From Candidatus Helarchaeota archaeon (lineage in GTDB: Archaea; Asgardarchaeota; Lokiarchaeia; Helarchaeales; RDOG01), in assembly GCA_029838215.1 (NCBI GenBank), contig JALGVI010000009.1:1-49014 (forward strand): a stretch of DNA of 49,014 bases, read 5' to 3'. The notes under the pieces are model-generated. The model did no database searches, was not told the origin of the DNA, and worked only from the letters and a program-made list of their open reading frames with translations. This document shows positions 37,305 through 46,791 of this stretch, piece by piece (the stretch's first letter is position 1; each line of letters opens with the position of its first letter). The position numbers and the translations under genes were made by a program.

Positions 37305-38138
37305 TCAAGTCTTCATGAAGGAATCCAAAGGAGATGTAACTTGTTTTATGCGTTTTCGAGCGATTTCACAGTATTTTTCGGAAATATCAAACCCAATGAA
37401 GTTACGCCCCAGACTTTTCGCCGCAACCGCACTCGAGCCGGAGCCAATGAACGGGTCAAGAACGATTCCGTTGGGAGGGCAAAAACACTGAATGAAATCT
37501 TTAGGAATCTGATCGGGAAATGGGGCAGGGTGCTTTCGTTTCAAGGGATTCTTATCGCCAGCCATCAAATAGTTCCATATCGTTCCCCTACACTTTGTAG
37601 GATTGATTTTCCGCCGAATCGTGGGATTCACCCTGCCATCAGTTCGCCGATTCCCGCTTCCCGTCATTACTTTTCCACCGTGTTTCGATGGAATTTTTAA
37701 GGGTTCCTTGTCGAAGTACTGAGGGCGTTCTCCCTTGAGAAATATGGGCATGTACTCATGATCCACTCGAAAACGCGTTTTCCACCACGCCCCTTCAGGA
37801 CCGTGCTTGCGATAGATCACGCATTCGAATAACTTGAATCCGATATTATCACACCAATCAATAATTGTTTTAAAGGAAGTCAATGTCTTGGCGAAATTTT
37901 TGGTCTGGTCTTGAAGAACCATGACTGCAATTCCACCCTCTTTAAGAACCCGATGGACTGCTTCTCCCGTGGCGTGCAGGTCAACAGAGAATCCTTCATA
38001 TGTTCGAATCGAGTCATATGGAGGGGAAGTAATGACCAAATCTATGGAACATTCGGTGATTTTTTTCATTCCTTCTATGCAATCCATGCAATATACCCTG
38101 TTTAACTTGAGATCTCCAATATTTAACAAGCATATCAA
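37305..38138 (-). CDS. Beta-class site-specific DNA methyltransferase (N4-C/N6-A)
   Basis: DCIEGM, catalytic TSPPY near the N-terminus, HPAPFP, C-terminal SAM motif DPFIGSGS. Confidence 0.93.
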   Translation of the reverse strand: MICLLNIGDLKLNRVYCMDCIEGMKKITECSIDLVITSPPYDSIRTYEGFSVDLHATGEAVHRVLKEGGIAVMVLQDQTKNFAKTLTSFKTIIDWCDNIGFKLFECVIYRKHGPEGAWWKTRFRVDHEYMPIFLKGERPQYFDKEPLKIPSKHGGKVMTGSGNRRTDGRVNPTIRRKINPTKCRGTIWNYLMAGDKNPLKRKHPAPFPDQIPKDFIQCFCPPNGIVLDPFIGSGSSAVAAKSLGRNFIGFDISEKYCEIARKRIKQVTSPLDSFMKT

Positions 38139-38472
38139 ACCTGTTTTGCTTGATTTCCTTGCATTTACGTTAATATTCGTGCATTTCTAAATGAACTTGC
38201 CTTTTGTATTTCAAAAAGTACTTCCTCGAAAACCGACTTACAAGATGCAAATATTACTTGATTAATAATAAATAATCGTGATCTAGATCTAAAAGCAAGA
38301 CTATCATTCCATTTCTTTTTTATTTTGGCAGGATTCGTCATGAATTTTGTCGGATGAAGATTTGAGAAAAAAAGTTTAAAATTCCAAATCATTTAAACGA
38401 AATACAAGAGAGAAATAATTTCTTTTTCCTGCATTCAAATCTTTATCTTAAAGAAACGAAGTGATTATTATT

Positions 38473-40143
38473 ATGTCGCATGATGAATGGTGGCGTCGAA
38501 CCACGGTATATCAAATTTACCCGAGATCGTATAAGGATAGCACGGGAAATGGTATTGGAGATCTGCCGGGGATCATCGAGAAATTAGATTATTTGGCAGA
38601 GTTGGGCATAGAAACAATTTGGTTAAGCCCCATATATCCATCTCCGCAGGAGGATCATGGTTATGATATTTCTGATTACAGGAATATCAATCCAGAATAT
38701 GGGACGATGGCAGATTTTGACAGGATGTTGAAGAAAGCACACGACCTCGGGCTGAGGATCGTTCTTGACATGGTCTTGAATCATTCTTCGGACAAACATC
38801 CTTGGTTCATTGAATCCAAATCGAGCCGTGATAATCCGAAGAGAGATTGGTATATATGGCGTGATGGTAGGAAACCGGGAGGTAAAGCACCTCCAAACAA
38901 CTGGAAAGCCATGCCCGGTGGTCCTGCGTGGAGGTATGATCCGGGAACGGAACAATGGTATTATTTTCATTTCTTACCATTTCAACCCGATCTAAACTGG
39001 TGGAATCCCAATGTCCAGAAAGAAATGTATGATACCGTAAGATATTGGTTAGATAAAGGCGTTGATGGGTTCCGTCTTGACATATTCCATGCCGTTTATC
39101 AAGATAAGAATTTTAAAAATAACCCATTCTCCTTTCGGGTTCTTCCATCAGAGAATAGCACGGCATCCTTGTTTCAGAACCACGTAAATGACCTACATCT
39201 GCCAGAAACATTTGAGTTAGCCCGCAATCTTCGTAAAATCCTTGATGAATACGACCCGCCACGGTTCATGGTGGGTGAAATTACTGCCACGCCCGAAATA
39301 TGCCATAAATACATGGGTGGAGCAGCAAATGATGGATTGCATTTAACATTCCAATTTAACTTTTTAAGGTGCAGGTTCAATGCAAGACAACTTGCAAGAC
39401 AAATCAAGCACAATGAGCGCGTTTTCATGCATCCTGCTCTTCCAACTTACGTTTACTCTAATCACGATTTGATGCGCATTTTTACGCGTGTTTCAGAAAA
39501 TTGGGACAAGATGAAGGTTCTTGCAACGCTTCAGCTAACCTTGAGGGGCGTGCCCTTCATATATTACGGAGATGAAATAGGCATGTCTCAAGTTAAAGTC
39601 AAGCTCAAGACAAGCGAAGATCCAATTGGACGAAAATTTTGGTGGTCTCCCATCAAGCAATCAAAGTATTTTGCATTTGCCTTTAGCAGGGATGGTTGTC
39701 GAACTCCAATGCAATGGAACAGTGAACCAAATGCCGGTTTTTCGCCAGATGAAGAGGTAAAAACATGGTTGAGAATCGGTCCTAAATACAAAAAAGTTAA
39801 TGTCGCCATCCAAGACAAGAATCCCAACTCCTTACTAAACACGTATCGTACTCTGCTGCAAGTAAGAAGGGAAAACATAGCACTACAAGCGGGTTCCTTC
39901 GAATTCCTACATGAATCAAGTGGAGCTTTGGTCTATAAAAGGACGCACCCGGAACAAGTCATCATCGTGGCATTAAACTTCAAGAAAAAGAGAAATTTCA
40001 TTTCTTTGGCATCCCCTAGACTCGAATTGATATTTTCCACGGACATTAAGGCTGGCGAGACTGATGCTTGGAAGACTGATGCAACACTTAATCTCAAACC
40101 CTACGAAGGAATGATTCTTCGTGAGATGCAATCAGGTTCCTGA
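38473..40143 (+). CDS. GH13 alpha-glucosidase / oligo-1,6-glucosidase
   Basis: YQIYPRSY.D..G.GIGDL.G, DMVLNHSS, GVDGFRLD (nucleophile), VGE (acid/base), SNHD, IYYGDEIG, RDGCRTPMQW. Confidence 0.95.
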   Translation: MSHDEWWRRTTVYQIYPRSYKDSTGNGIGDLPGIIEKLDYLAELGIETIWLSPIYPSPQEDHGYDISDYRNINPEYGTMADFDRMLKKAHDLGLRIVLDMVLNHSSDKHPWFIESKSSRDNPKRDWYIWRDGRKPGGKAPPNNWKAMPGGPAWRYDPGTEQWYYFHFLPFQPDLNWWNPNVQKEMYDTVRYWLDKGVDGFRLDIFHAVYQDKNFKNNPFSFRVLPSENSTASLFQNHVNDLHLPETFELARNLRKILDEYDPPRFMVGEITATPEICHKYMGGAANDGLHLTFQFNFLRCRFNARQLARQIKHNERVFMHPALPTYVYSNHDLMRIFTRVSENWDKMKVLATLQLTLRGVPFIYYGDEIGMSQVKVKLKTSEDPIGRKFWWSPIKQSKYFAFAFSRDGCRTPMQWNSEPNAGFSPDEEVKTWLRIGPKYKKVNVAIQDKNPNSLLNTYRTLLQVRRENIALQAGSFEFLHESSGALVYKRTHPEQVIIVALNFKKKRNFISLASPRLELIFSTDIKAGETDAWKTDATLNLKPYEGMILREMQSGS

Positions 40144-40164
40144 ACAAGCAAGTAATTGACGTGA

Positions 40165-41076
40165 TTGATGATGGAGAAGAAATTTGAGAAATTATTCAAG
40201 AAGGAAGACGTTGCAGGACTGCTCGATCAATTCGATAAAGTTCTGTTAGCAAAGAAACCGAAAGAGAATGACGTAAACGTGGCAATCCAAGCGATTCAAG
40301 AATTTCTCAAACTCATCAAGGACAATAATTGGCTTTTACCAAAAGAATTAATCATCACGATTGGTTCTGCAATGAACCAGAAATTGGCTTGGCATCAACG
40401 ACAACAACTAATAGTAGCTCTTGGTGAAATGATCGATGCCTTTCCAAACGAATTGGTTACGAACCTTGAATATGCAGATGAAATAATTGCCATTTTAAAG
40501 GATAGAACGGAGAATGATGAAGATCCGGATAATCAGTTTAATGCAGTAATTGGTTTGGGCAAGATAGGGTTGCTCCTTCCTGATAAGGTCTTGGACTATC
40601 TGAAAAAAAACGGTCTAAAGAGTCTTAATAAAAACATACGCATTAATTCAATTTTAGCACTTAAGGAAATTGCAAAAAAATTTGATAAGACTCACGTCAA
40701 GCAAATCATTCCGTTCTTTACGGAAATCATTCAAAATGATACAGAATATCCCGTGATCATTCAATTAACGACGAGAGCCATTCAAGAGATCAACGAAACC
40801 ATGTATGAAGATGACGTTGTATTTACAAATGTTCTTGCAACAGAACAGGTCTTATGTCCATATTGCAATGAATTTTATCCAAAGAATTCAGAAGTATGCA
40901 CCAATTGCGGAAAACCATCTCCGAAATGCCTAATTTGTGGTAAAAGAATTGATTTAAACGATGGATCTTCCTATCAAGAGTGTGAACACTGTCACTCGTT
41001 CTTTCACGTTGAGTGCATCAAGGAATGGAAAGAAAAAAGCCCTTTTTGTCCCCATTGCATGAAAAAATTAACTTGA
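40165..41076 (+). CDS. HEAT-repeat protein with C-terminal zinc ribbon and C4HC3-type RING (candidate E3 ligase)
   Basis: HEAT-like helices, then CPYC-x10-CTNC, then CLIC...CEHC-x4-HVEC...W...CPHC. Confidence 0.78.
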   Translation: MMMEKKFEKLFKKEDVAGLLDQFDKVLLAKKPKENDVNVAIQAIQEFLKLIKDNNWLLPKELIITIGSAMNQKLAWHQRQQLIVALGEMIDAFPNELVTNLEYADEIIAILKDRTENDEDPDNQFNAVIGLGKIGLLLPDKVLDYLKKNGLKSLNKNIRINSILALKEIAKKFDKTHVKQIIPFFTEIIQNDTEYPVIIQLTTRAIQEINETMYEDDVVFTNVLATEQVLCPYCNEFYPKNSEVCTNCGKPSPKCLICGKRIDLNDGSSYQECEHCHSFFHVECIKEWKEKSPFCPHCMKKLT

Positions 41077-41211
41077 CTTGAATTCATCATCGCAGATTTT
41101 ATTAACTTCGAAAACAACACAATATATCACTCAAGGAACTCAAGATTTTATTTAAAGAAAATTTAAACAGATAATAAGTTAATAAATTAGATAATTGGAG
41201 AGTTTTGGACG

Positions 41212-42108
41212 TTGATTAAATTAGAAGGCGTTCTAACAGCAATAATAACACCCATGCAAGCCAATTTGGATATTCATGATGAAGATCTAAAGAAATTCGT
41301 GGATTTTCAAATTGAACAGGGTGTTCAAGGGATTGTCCCTTGCGGCACGACAGGTGAATCTGCAACCATGTCTCATGCAGAGCATAAACACGTGATTGAC
41401 ATTGTAGTGAATCAAGCAAAAGGACGTGTCCCGGTTGTAGCGGGATCGGGAAGCAATTCGACCAAAGAGGCAATTGACTTGACAAAACACGCGGAGAGTG
41501 CAGGGGCTGACGCGGCTCTACTTATCACGCCATATTACAACAAGCCCACGCAACGAGGTCTCATTTACCATTTCGAAAAAATTGCCGAAGCCGTATCTTT
41601 GCCTCTGGTCCTATACAACGTTCCTGGACGGACAGGCGTAAATATGCTACCCGAAACGACCATCAAGCTCTCGAAAATCAAAAACATCGTAGCAGTCAAG
41701 GAAGCGAGTGGTAGCATAAGTCAAATTCAACAAATCATCGCCGGCACCCGTGATAATCCGGACTTTTGTGTTTTGTCAGGAGATGATAGCTTGACTTATT
41801 CTATTGTAATGCTTGGTGGAACTGGTGTCATTAGCGTGGCTTCCAATATTGCACCAGGCTTAATGGGTGAATTCGGGCAAAAAATCATTGACAAGGACAC
41901 TCTTGGTGCAAGAGAACTCCATTTCAAGCTTCTCAAACTGTTCAAGGTGATTTTCATAGAGACCAATCCCATTCCTTCAAAAGCTGCAGCTCGGCTCATG
42001 AATTTAGGAGGCATTTATAATTGGTATCTTCGACCTCCATTAATTGATCCAACGCCTGAGCATCTAGAAGAAATCAAAAAGGTACTAAAAAGCCTTCAGT
42101 TATTATAA
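41212..42108 (+). CDS. dapA: 4-hydroxy-tetrahydrodipicolinate synthase
   Basis: GTTGES, AGSGSNST, TPYYNKP, LYNVPGRT, Schiff-base KEAS, LSGDD, ETNPIP.K. Confidence 0.97.
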   Translation: MIKLEGVLTAIITPMQANLDIHDEDLKKFVDFQIEQGVQGIVPCGTTGESATMSHAEHKHVIDIVVNQAKGRVPVVAGSGSNSTKEAIDLTKHAESAGADAALLITPYYNKPTQRGLIYHFEKIAEAVSLPLVLYNVPGRTGVNMLPETTIKLSKIKNIVAVKEASGSISQIQQIIAGTRDNPDFCVLSGDDSLTYSIVMLGGTGVISVASNIAPGLMGEFGQKIIDKDTLGARELHFKLLKLFKVIFIETNPIPSKAAARLMNLGGIYNWYLRPPLIDPTPEHLEEIKKVLKSLQLL

Positions 42109-42150
42109 AACTCATTTTTTCTTATTTTTTCATTTAATTTGGTGTTAACC

Positions 42151-42963
42151 ATGATTAGAGTTTGTATTAATGGTGCAGATGGTAACATGGGAGGTCTTGT
42201 TGCAAAAAACGTCATTCAAGACCCCGACCTTGAATTAGTTGGCGCCTTGACCATGGTGGATTCTCCCAACGAGGGAAAGGATATTGGCACTTTTTTAGGA
42301 TTAGATAAAATAAACGTGCCCATGACCAGCATTGTAAATTTGGGCGAAATTCTTAAAAACAACGTTGACATGTTCGTGGATTATACCATTACGGAAGCGG
42401 CAGAAAAGAACATTCCCATTGTATTAAAAAATGGCATCAATTGTATTATTGGCACGACGGGGTTATCCGAGACGTTTAAGGACGAATTTGCACGACTTGT
42501 CAAGGAAAATAAGGTCGCAGGAATGATATCTCCGAACATGTCTTTGGGCGTGAACATTTTCTTTAAAGTAGCAGAAATCCTTACTGAGCTCCTTCCAAAT
42601 TATGATATTGAAATAATCGAAGCACATCATCATCGCAAGCGAGACAGCCCAAGCGGGACTGCAAAAAAAGTGGCACAACTCATTGCTGCCAAGCTTCACA
42701 AGAATTTGGAGAACATTGCAAAATACGGAAGAAGTGGATTTAGCCCTCGGAAGATAGGGGCAGAAGAAATCGGGATTCACGCCATTCGAGCTGGAGATAT
42801 CGTAGGCGATCATACCGTTCTTTTCGCAGGTAACGGCGAACGCATTGAACTCAAGCATCAAGCACATTCCCGTCAGTGTTTTGCCGCCGGTACAATTCTT
42901 GCAATAAAATACATGACGCAACACGGTCCTGGACTTTATCAAATGTCGGATCTCCTCAAGTGA
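42151..42963 (+). CDS. dapB: 4-hydroxy-tetrahydrodipicolinate reductase
   Basis: GA.GNMG, IGTTG, PNMSLGVN, EAHH.RK.DSPSGTA, IHAIRAGD.VGDH.V. Start is ATG 42151. Confidence 0.97.
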   Translation: MIRVCINGADGNMGGLVAKNVIQDPDLELVGALTMVDSPNEGKDIGTFLGLDKINVPMTSIVNLGEILKNNVDMFVDYTITEAAEKNIPIVLKNGINCIIGTTGLSETFKDEFARLVKENKVAGMISPNMSLGVNIFFKVAEILTELLPNYDIEIIEAHHHRKRDSPSGTAKKVAQLIAAKLHKNLENIAKYGRSGFSPRKIGAEEIGIHAIRAGDIVGDHTVLFAGNGERIELKHQAHSRQCFAAGTILAIKYMTQHGPGLYQMSDLLK

Positions 42964-42969
42964 TGAAAA

Positions 42970-44280
42970 ATGGAATTAACGGAATTTCTAAAACGCAAGA
43001 ATCTGTCCGCAAAAGGGAATGAACTTCTTATTGGCGGAGTGTCAACCGTTGATTTGGCAAAGAAGTATGAAACGCCTCTTTATGTCATTAATGAGGAGAC
43101 TATAAAACAAAGAATTGAAGCGTTAAAAAAAGCATTTACGCCATATTATGAGAATATACGCATTCATTATGCGGTAAAAGCAAATTCAAATTTACAAGTT
43201 CTAAAGATAATGAATCGAATAGGAATAAGTCTTGATGTCGTATCTCCCGGAGAAATATTCTTGGCACAAAAAGCAGGATTCTCTCCCGATAGAATACTCT
43301 ACACGGGGAATAACTATTCTCAGGATGATCTCATTTACGCCGTTAAGACAGGAGTAATGATCAACCTAGATGCACCTTCCCAATTAAATCGACTCGTGAG
43401 GTTGTTAGATACCGTTGAAGGGGCGAATCCAAACCTTCTCATTTGTTATCGAGTGAATCCAGAATTTGGTGGAGGGCATCACATGCATGCCATTACCGCA
43501 GGTCCCGACGTTAAATTTGGCATATTCGAAGATGACATTATTGATGCCTACAAGAATGCAAAAGACGCGGGTTTTGCAAAGTTTGGCATCCACATGCACA
43601 TTGGATCGGGCATTCTCGATTTAGAAACATTCGAAATCGCATCAACGAAATTTCTCGAAATAATTGAACTTATCGCAACAAGATTAGGCATCACATTTGA
43701 ATTCGTGGATTTTGGGGGAGGAATTGGCATTCCTTATCGTCCTACAGAAAAACCGCTTGATTTAGATGCATACGCAAAGAATTATTCCACGAAACTCAAG
43801 GAATTATCTGAGAAATTGGGATGGAACCCGCCAATTCTTGCAATAGAACCCGGAAGGTTTCTCGTGGCAGAAGCGTGCGTGCTACTCTCCACCGTGACCA
43901 CGATCAAGCCCGTGAAAGACAAGGTTTGGGTCGGCATTGATACGGGTCTAAACGCGCTCATTCGACCGGCAATGTACGGAAGCTATCACCATATCTTGGC
44001 GGCTAATAAGATGGACGAGAAGGAAACACGAGAATACCAGATCGGCGGACCCATTTGTGAATCGGGGGACGTATTCACGCGAGACCAAAAACTTCCCACC
44101 CTGGAAGAAGACGATTTATTGGCTATTCTTGATGCAGGGGCATATGGATTCACGATGGCATCTCATTACAATGCAAGGTTACGACCTGCAGAGGTCTTGA
44201 TTCGTCAAGGAAAACCCATTCTGGTTCGAGAAAGAGAGACTCTTGAAGATCTTCTTAAACACCAAATAATTGACATTTGA
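42970..44280 (+). CDS. lysA: Diaminopimelate decarboxylase
   Basis: TPLYV, YAVKANS, HIGS, GGG.GI, EPGR.LV, GPICESGD, GAYG.TMAS.YN.R.RPAEV. Confidence 0.97.
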   Translation: MELTEFLKRKNLSAKGNELLIGGVSTVDLAKKYETPLYVINEETIKQRIEALKKAFTPYYENIRIHYAVKANSNLQVLKIMNRIGISLDVVSPGEIFLAQKAGFSPDRILYTGNNYSQDDLIYAVKTGVMINLDAPSQLNRLVRLLDTVEGANPNLLICYRVNPEFGGGHHMHAITAGPDVKFGIFEDDIIDAYKNAKDAGFAKFGIHMHIGSGILDLETFEIASTKFLEIIELIATRLGITFEFVDFGGGIGIPYRPTEKPLDLDAYAKNYSTKLKELSEKLGWNPPILAIEPGRFLVAEACVLLSTVTTIKPVKDKVWVGIDTGLNALIRPAMYGSYHHILAANKMDEKETREYQIGGPICESGDVFTRDQKLPTLEEDDLLAILDAGAYGFTMASHYNARLRPAEVLIRQGKPILVRERETLEDLLKHQIIDI

Positions 44281-44286
44281 TTCCAG

Positions 44287-44706
44287 TTATTTGAATGCCG
44301 CAATCACCCGAGCTTCTGCAAGCTTTTCGTGACCGGAATTCTCAGACCAAGTGTTGCAATCTATTTTTTTCATACCTTTTTCCGTGAATTTCCGCAACAC
44401 CTTTCCCTTGTAGGTAACTACATCATTTAGATAGGCGGGATTAATGAATTTGACAGAAACGCGTTCTATGCTCACGATGTTGCCCAACCAATCAGTGATA
44501 ATCTTGGGAAAGAACGAAGCAGTAAATATCCCTGCAATTACTATATCCTTGTAACCGAGTTTTCTAGCATATTCGGCATCGAAGTGAAGTGGATTGATCT
44601 CGTGTTCCAAACGACAATAGCGCTTATTCTTATCTGCAGAAAACGTAATGGTCAAGGCAGGAATCTCCTCTTGTTCGTTTATTTGGTCATAGTTGATAGG
44701 ATTCAT
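44287..44706 (-). CDS. MaoC-like (R)-specific enoyl-CoA hydratase, hot-dog fold
   Basis: NPLHFD.EYA..LGYKD..IAG, V.F..P....D. Confidence 0.85.
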   Translation of the reverse strand: MNPINYDQINEQEEIPALTITFSADKNKRYCRLEHEINPLHFDAEYARKLGYKDIVIAGIFTASFFPKIITDWLGNIVSIERVSVKFINPAYLNDVVTYKGKVLRKFTEKGMKKIDCNTWSENSGHEKLAEARVIAAFK

Positions 44707-44718
44707 CTTACATCACGA

Positions 44719-45210
44719 CTAGATCTTAGTCTTTAAGAAAAATACATGATTATCGAGGACTAAAAGATTGTCACTCTCATCGACGACTTCATGAGGACAA
44801 TTCAAGACAAAATATTCGCCCATTTTTCCAGTCTTTGGTATCAAATCGGAAACCCTGATTTTCAACATGTAAGGAGTTTCAGAATATAATTGAGCATGAA
44901 ATTCAATTTCAGACTGGACGTGGATGATTCCTTTAATCACGTTGTTCAACAAGTGTCCGATACCCGTCGTGAAGAAATCTTGAGAAATTGGAGCAATCAA
45001 AGTCAAGAGATAGGATTCTGGGAGCGGTATTTTGTCGTGCCCCGCCTTTCGTGCCGCCTCCAAGTCGAAAAATATCGGATTTGTTTCATTTATAATTTCA
45101 CAGAATTTCTTAATTGTTTTCTGACGGACTTTTACCTTTTTGGGACGTATTTGACCCACACCGTCCTTTATTTTTCTATTTAATGTTTCTAATGAGATTT
45201 CCTGCACCAT
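44719..45210 (-). CDS. MaoC_dehydrat_N (HadA-like) hot-dog partner subunit
   Basis: I..F...I.ETNPIFFD.EAAR.AG...IP.P..Y, IIH..SE.EF..L. Start is ATG 45210. Confidence 0.82.
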   Translation of the reverse strand: MVQEISLETLNRKIKDGVGQIRPKKVKVRQKTIKKFCEIINETNPIFFDLEAARKAGHDKIPLPESYLLTLIAPISQDFFTTGIGHLLNNVIKGIIHVQSEIEFHAQLYSETPYMLKIRVSDLIPKTGKMGEYFVLNCPHEVVDESDNLLVLDNHVFFLKTKI

Positions 45211-45259
45211 TTTTCCCCTCAAGTTTAAAAAAAATATAAGAAACGGAAAAAATCAACAG

Positions 45260-46771
45260 TTAACTACAATTCTTTGTCAAGTAATCTTGATAATCAACCA
45301 AATGACGGCAGGCGATCGCAGCATTCATCGTCGTGTCGAAGAATGGCAAGTTCTTTTTATGAAGAACCTTCTTAAATTCCTGCCCGACACGCGTGTCAAA
45401 CTCGCTAATTTCCAAGACGGGATTGATCATGAAGAAGAATTTTGAGATTTTCTTATTGATCCGACCAAAAGACCGAGCAACCGATGAAACGAAATTTTTC
45501 ACACCCATTCGTTCAAGTTGTGAAATCCAGCTAACGGGCAGGTATAAACCAATCATGTCAATGTTAGGATCGGCATCCAGAATTTTCATGGTCCTGAACA
45601 GAAGTTCAGCCAGCACGCCTGATGCGCCAGTATCAATGGGATTTCGAAATGACGTGTTCACGTCGGGAAAAATCTCCCCGATTTCAGCTTGGCTCTTTTC
45701 TGTCAGCACGGGTATGTCAATACCATAATTACTAAAAGTATCGGCCATCTCGACGCTATTTCCACCACCCGGTACCAGAATACCGATGCGATTCCCCTTC
45801 GGAAAACGAGTTCGATCGACATGCGAAAACAAGTGGAGACAATCCCAAAATTCCGAACTGGTGCGGACAAAGATCCCACCAGCTTGTTGAATGGCAGACT
45901 GCCAGACTTGGAGCGATCCTGCAAGAGCTCCAGTATGAGATTGCGTGGCACGCATGCCTTGTCGTGTTTGACCACCTTTCCATATGATGACGGGCTTTTT
46001 CTTCGTTACTTCACGAAGCCGAATGATAAAATCTCTTCCGTGCGCTTTCCCAAGTGATTCTAAATAAAAACCAATGACTTTTGTCAATGGATCTTGAGCG
46101 TAATAATTGAGTATTTCCAAGCAGTTGATATCTATTTGGTTGCCGAAAGAAAGACCTCTTCGATAATATAGCATGCGATTTTCTTGAATCTGAACCAAAG
46201 TACTTGCATGTCCACCAGATTGTGACGCAAATGAAATATTTCCAACTTTCATGAGTGCCTTGGGATTATAACTGACCCGAGCTTCAGGATCTAACGGTCC
46301 CAAGCAGTTAGGGCCAATTATTCGGGTCGAAGTTCCTTTTATTATGTCCAGCAATTCTTTTTCAAGAGTTCTTCCTTTATCTGAAAGAGTTTCCGAAAAA
46401 CCAGAAGTAAAAACCAAAACAAATTTGACGCGTTTCTTTACACACGTTCGCAATAAATCAGGGACATATTTTGCCCTAATTGCTGATATCACCAGATCAA
46501 GATCATCGGGTAGATCCTCCAAAGAGGCATGTATTGGTAAATCTTTAATCTTGGTTCCGGCATGTTTCGGGTTAATTAAATAAATTTGCTCGGGCGGATA
46601 TTGGCTTTTGGTCAATGCAGAAATAAAAAAGCCGCTTCCGAAATTGGGATTTTTGGATGCCCCCACGATGGTGATATTACGTGGAGAAAATAGTCGGTTA
46701 AATGGATGCTCGGAAATATTTGAGCCTTGATCTGAAAGATTCATCTTCGTATCTAGTCTATCAGTTACCAT
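45260..46771 (-). CDS. ADP-forming acyl-CoA synthetase alpha subunit / CoA-binding protein
   Basis: IVGAS, FTSGFSE, IIGPNCLG, SQSGG, GNQ.D, SHTGALAG, NPID. Confidence 0.9.
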   Translation of the reverse strand: MVTDRLDTKMNLSDQGSNISEHPFNRLFSPRNITIVGASKNPNFGSGFFISALTKSQYPPEQIYLINPKHAGTKIKDLPIHASLEDLPDDLDLVISAIRAKYVPDLLRTCVKKRVKFVLVFTSGFSETLSDKGRTLEKELLDIIKGTSTRIIGPNCLGPLDPEARVSYNPKALMKVGNISFASQSGGHASTLVQIQENRMLYYRRGLSFGNQIDINCLEILNYYAQDPLTKVIGFYLESLGKAHGRDFIIRLREVTKKKPVIIWKGGQTRQGMRATQSHTGALAGSLQVWQSAIQQAGGIFVRTSSEFWDCLHLFSHVDRTRFPKGNRIGILVPGGGNSVEMADTFSNYGIDIPVLTEKSQAEIGEIFPDVNTSFRNPIDTGASGVLAELLFRTMKILDADPNIDMIGLYLPVSWISQLERMGVKNFVSSVARSFGRINKKISKFFFMINPVLEISEFDTRVGQEFKKVLHKKNLPFFDTTMNAAIACRHLVDYQDYLTKNCS

Positions 46772-46791
46772 TTTACTTCATGCTTCCTGAT

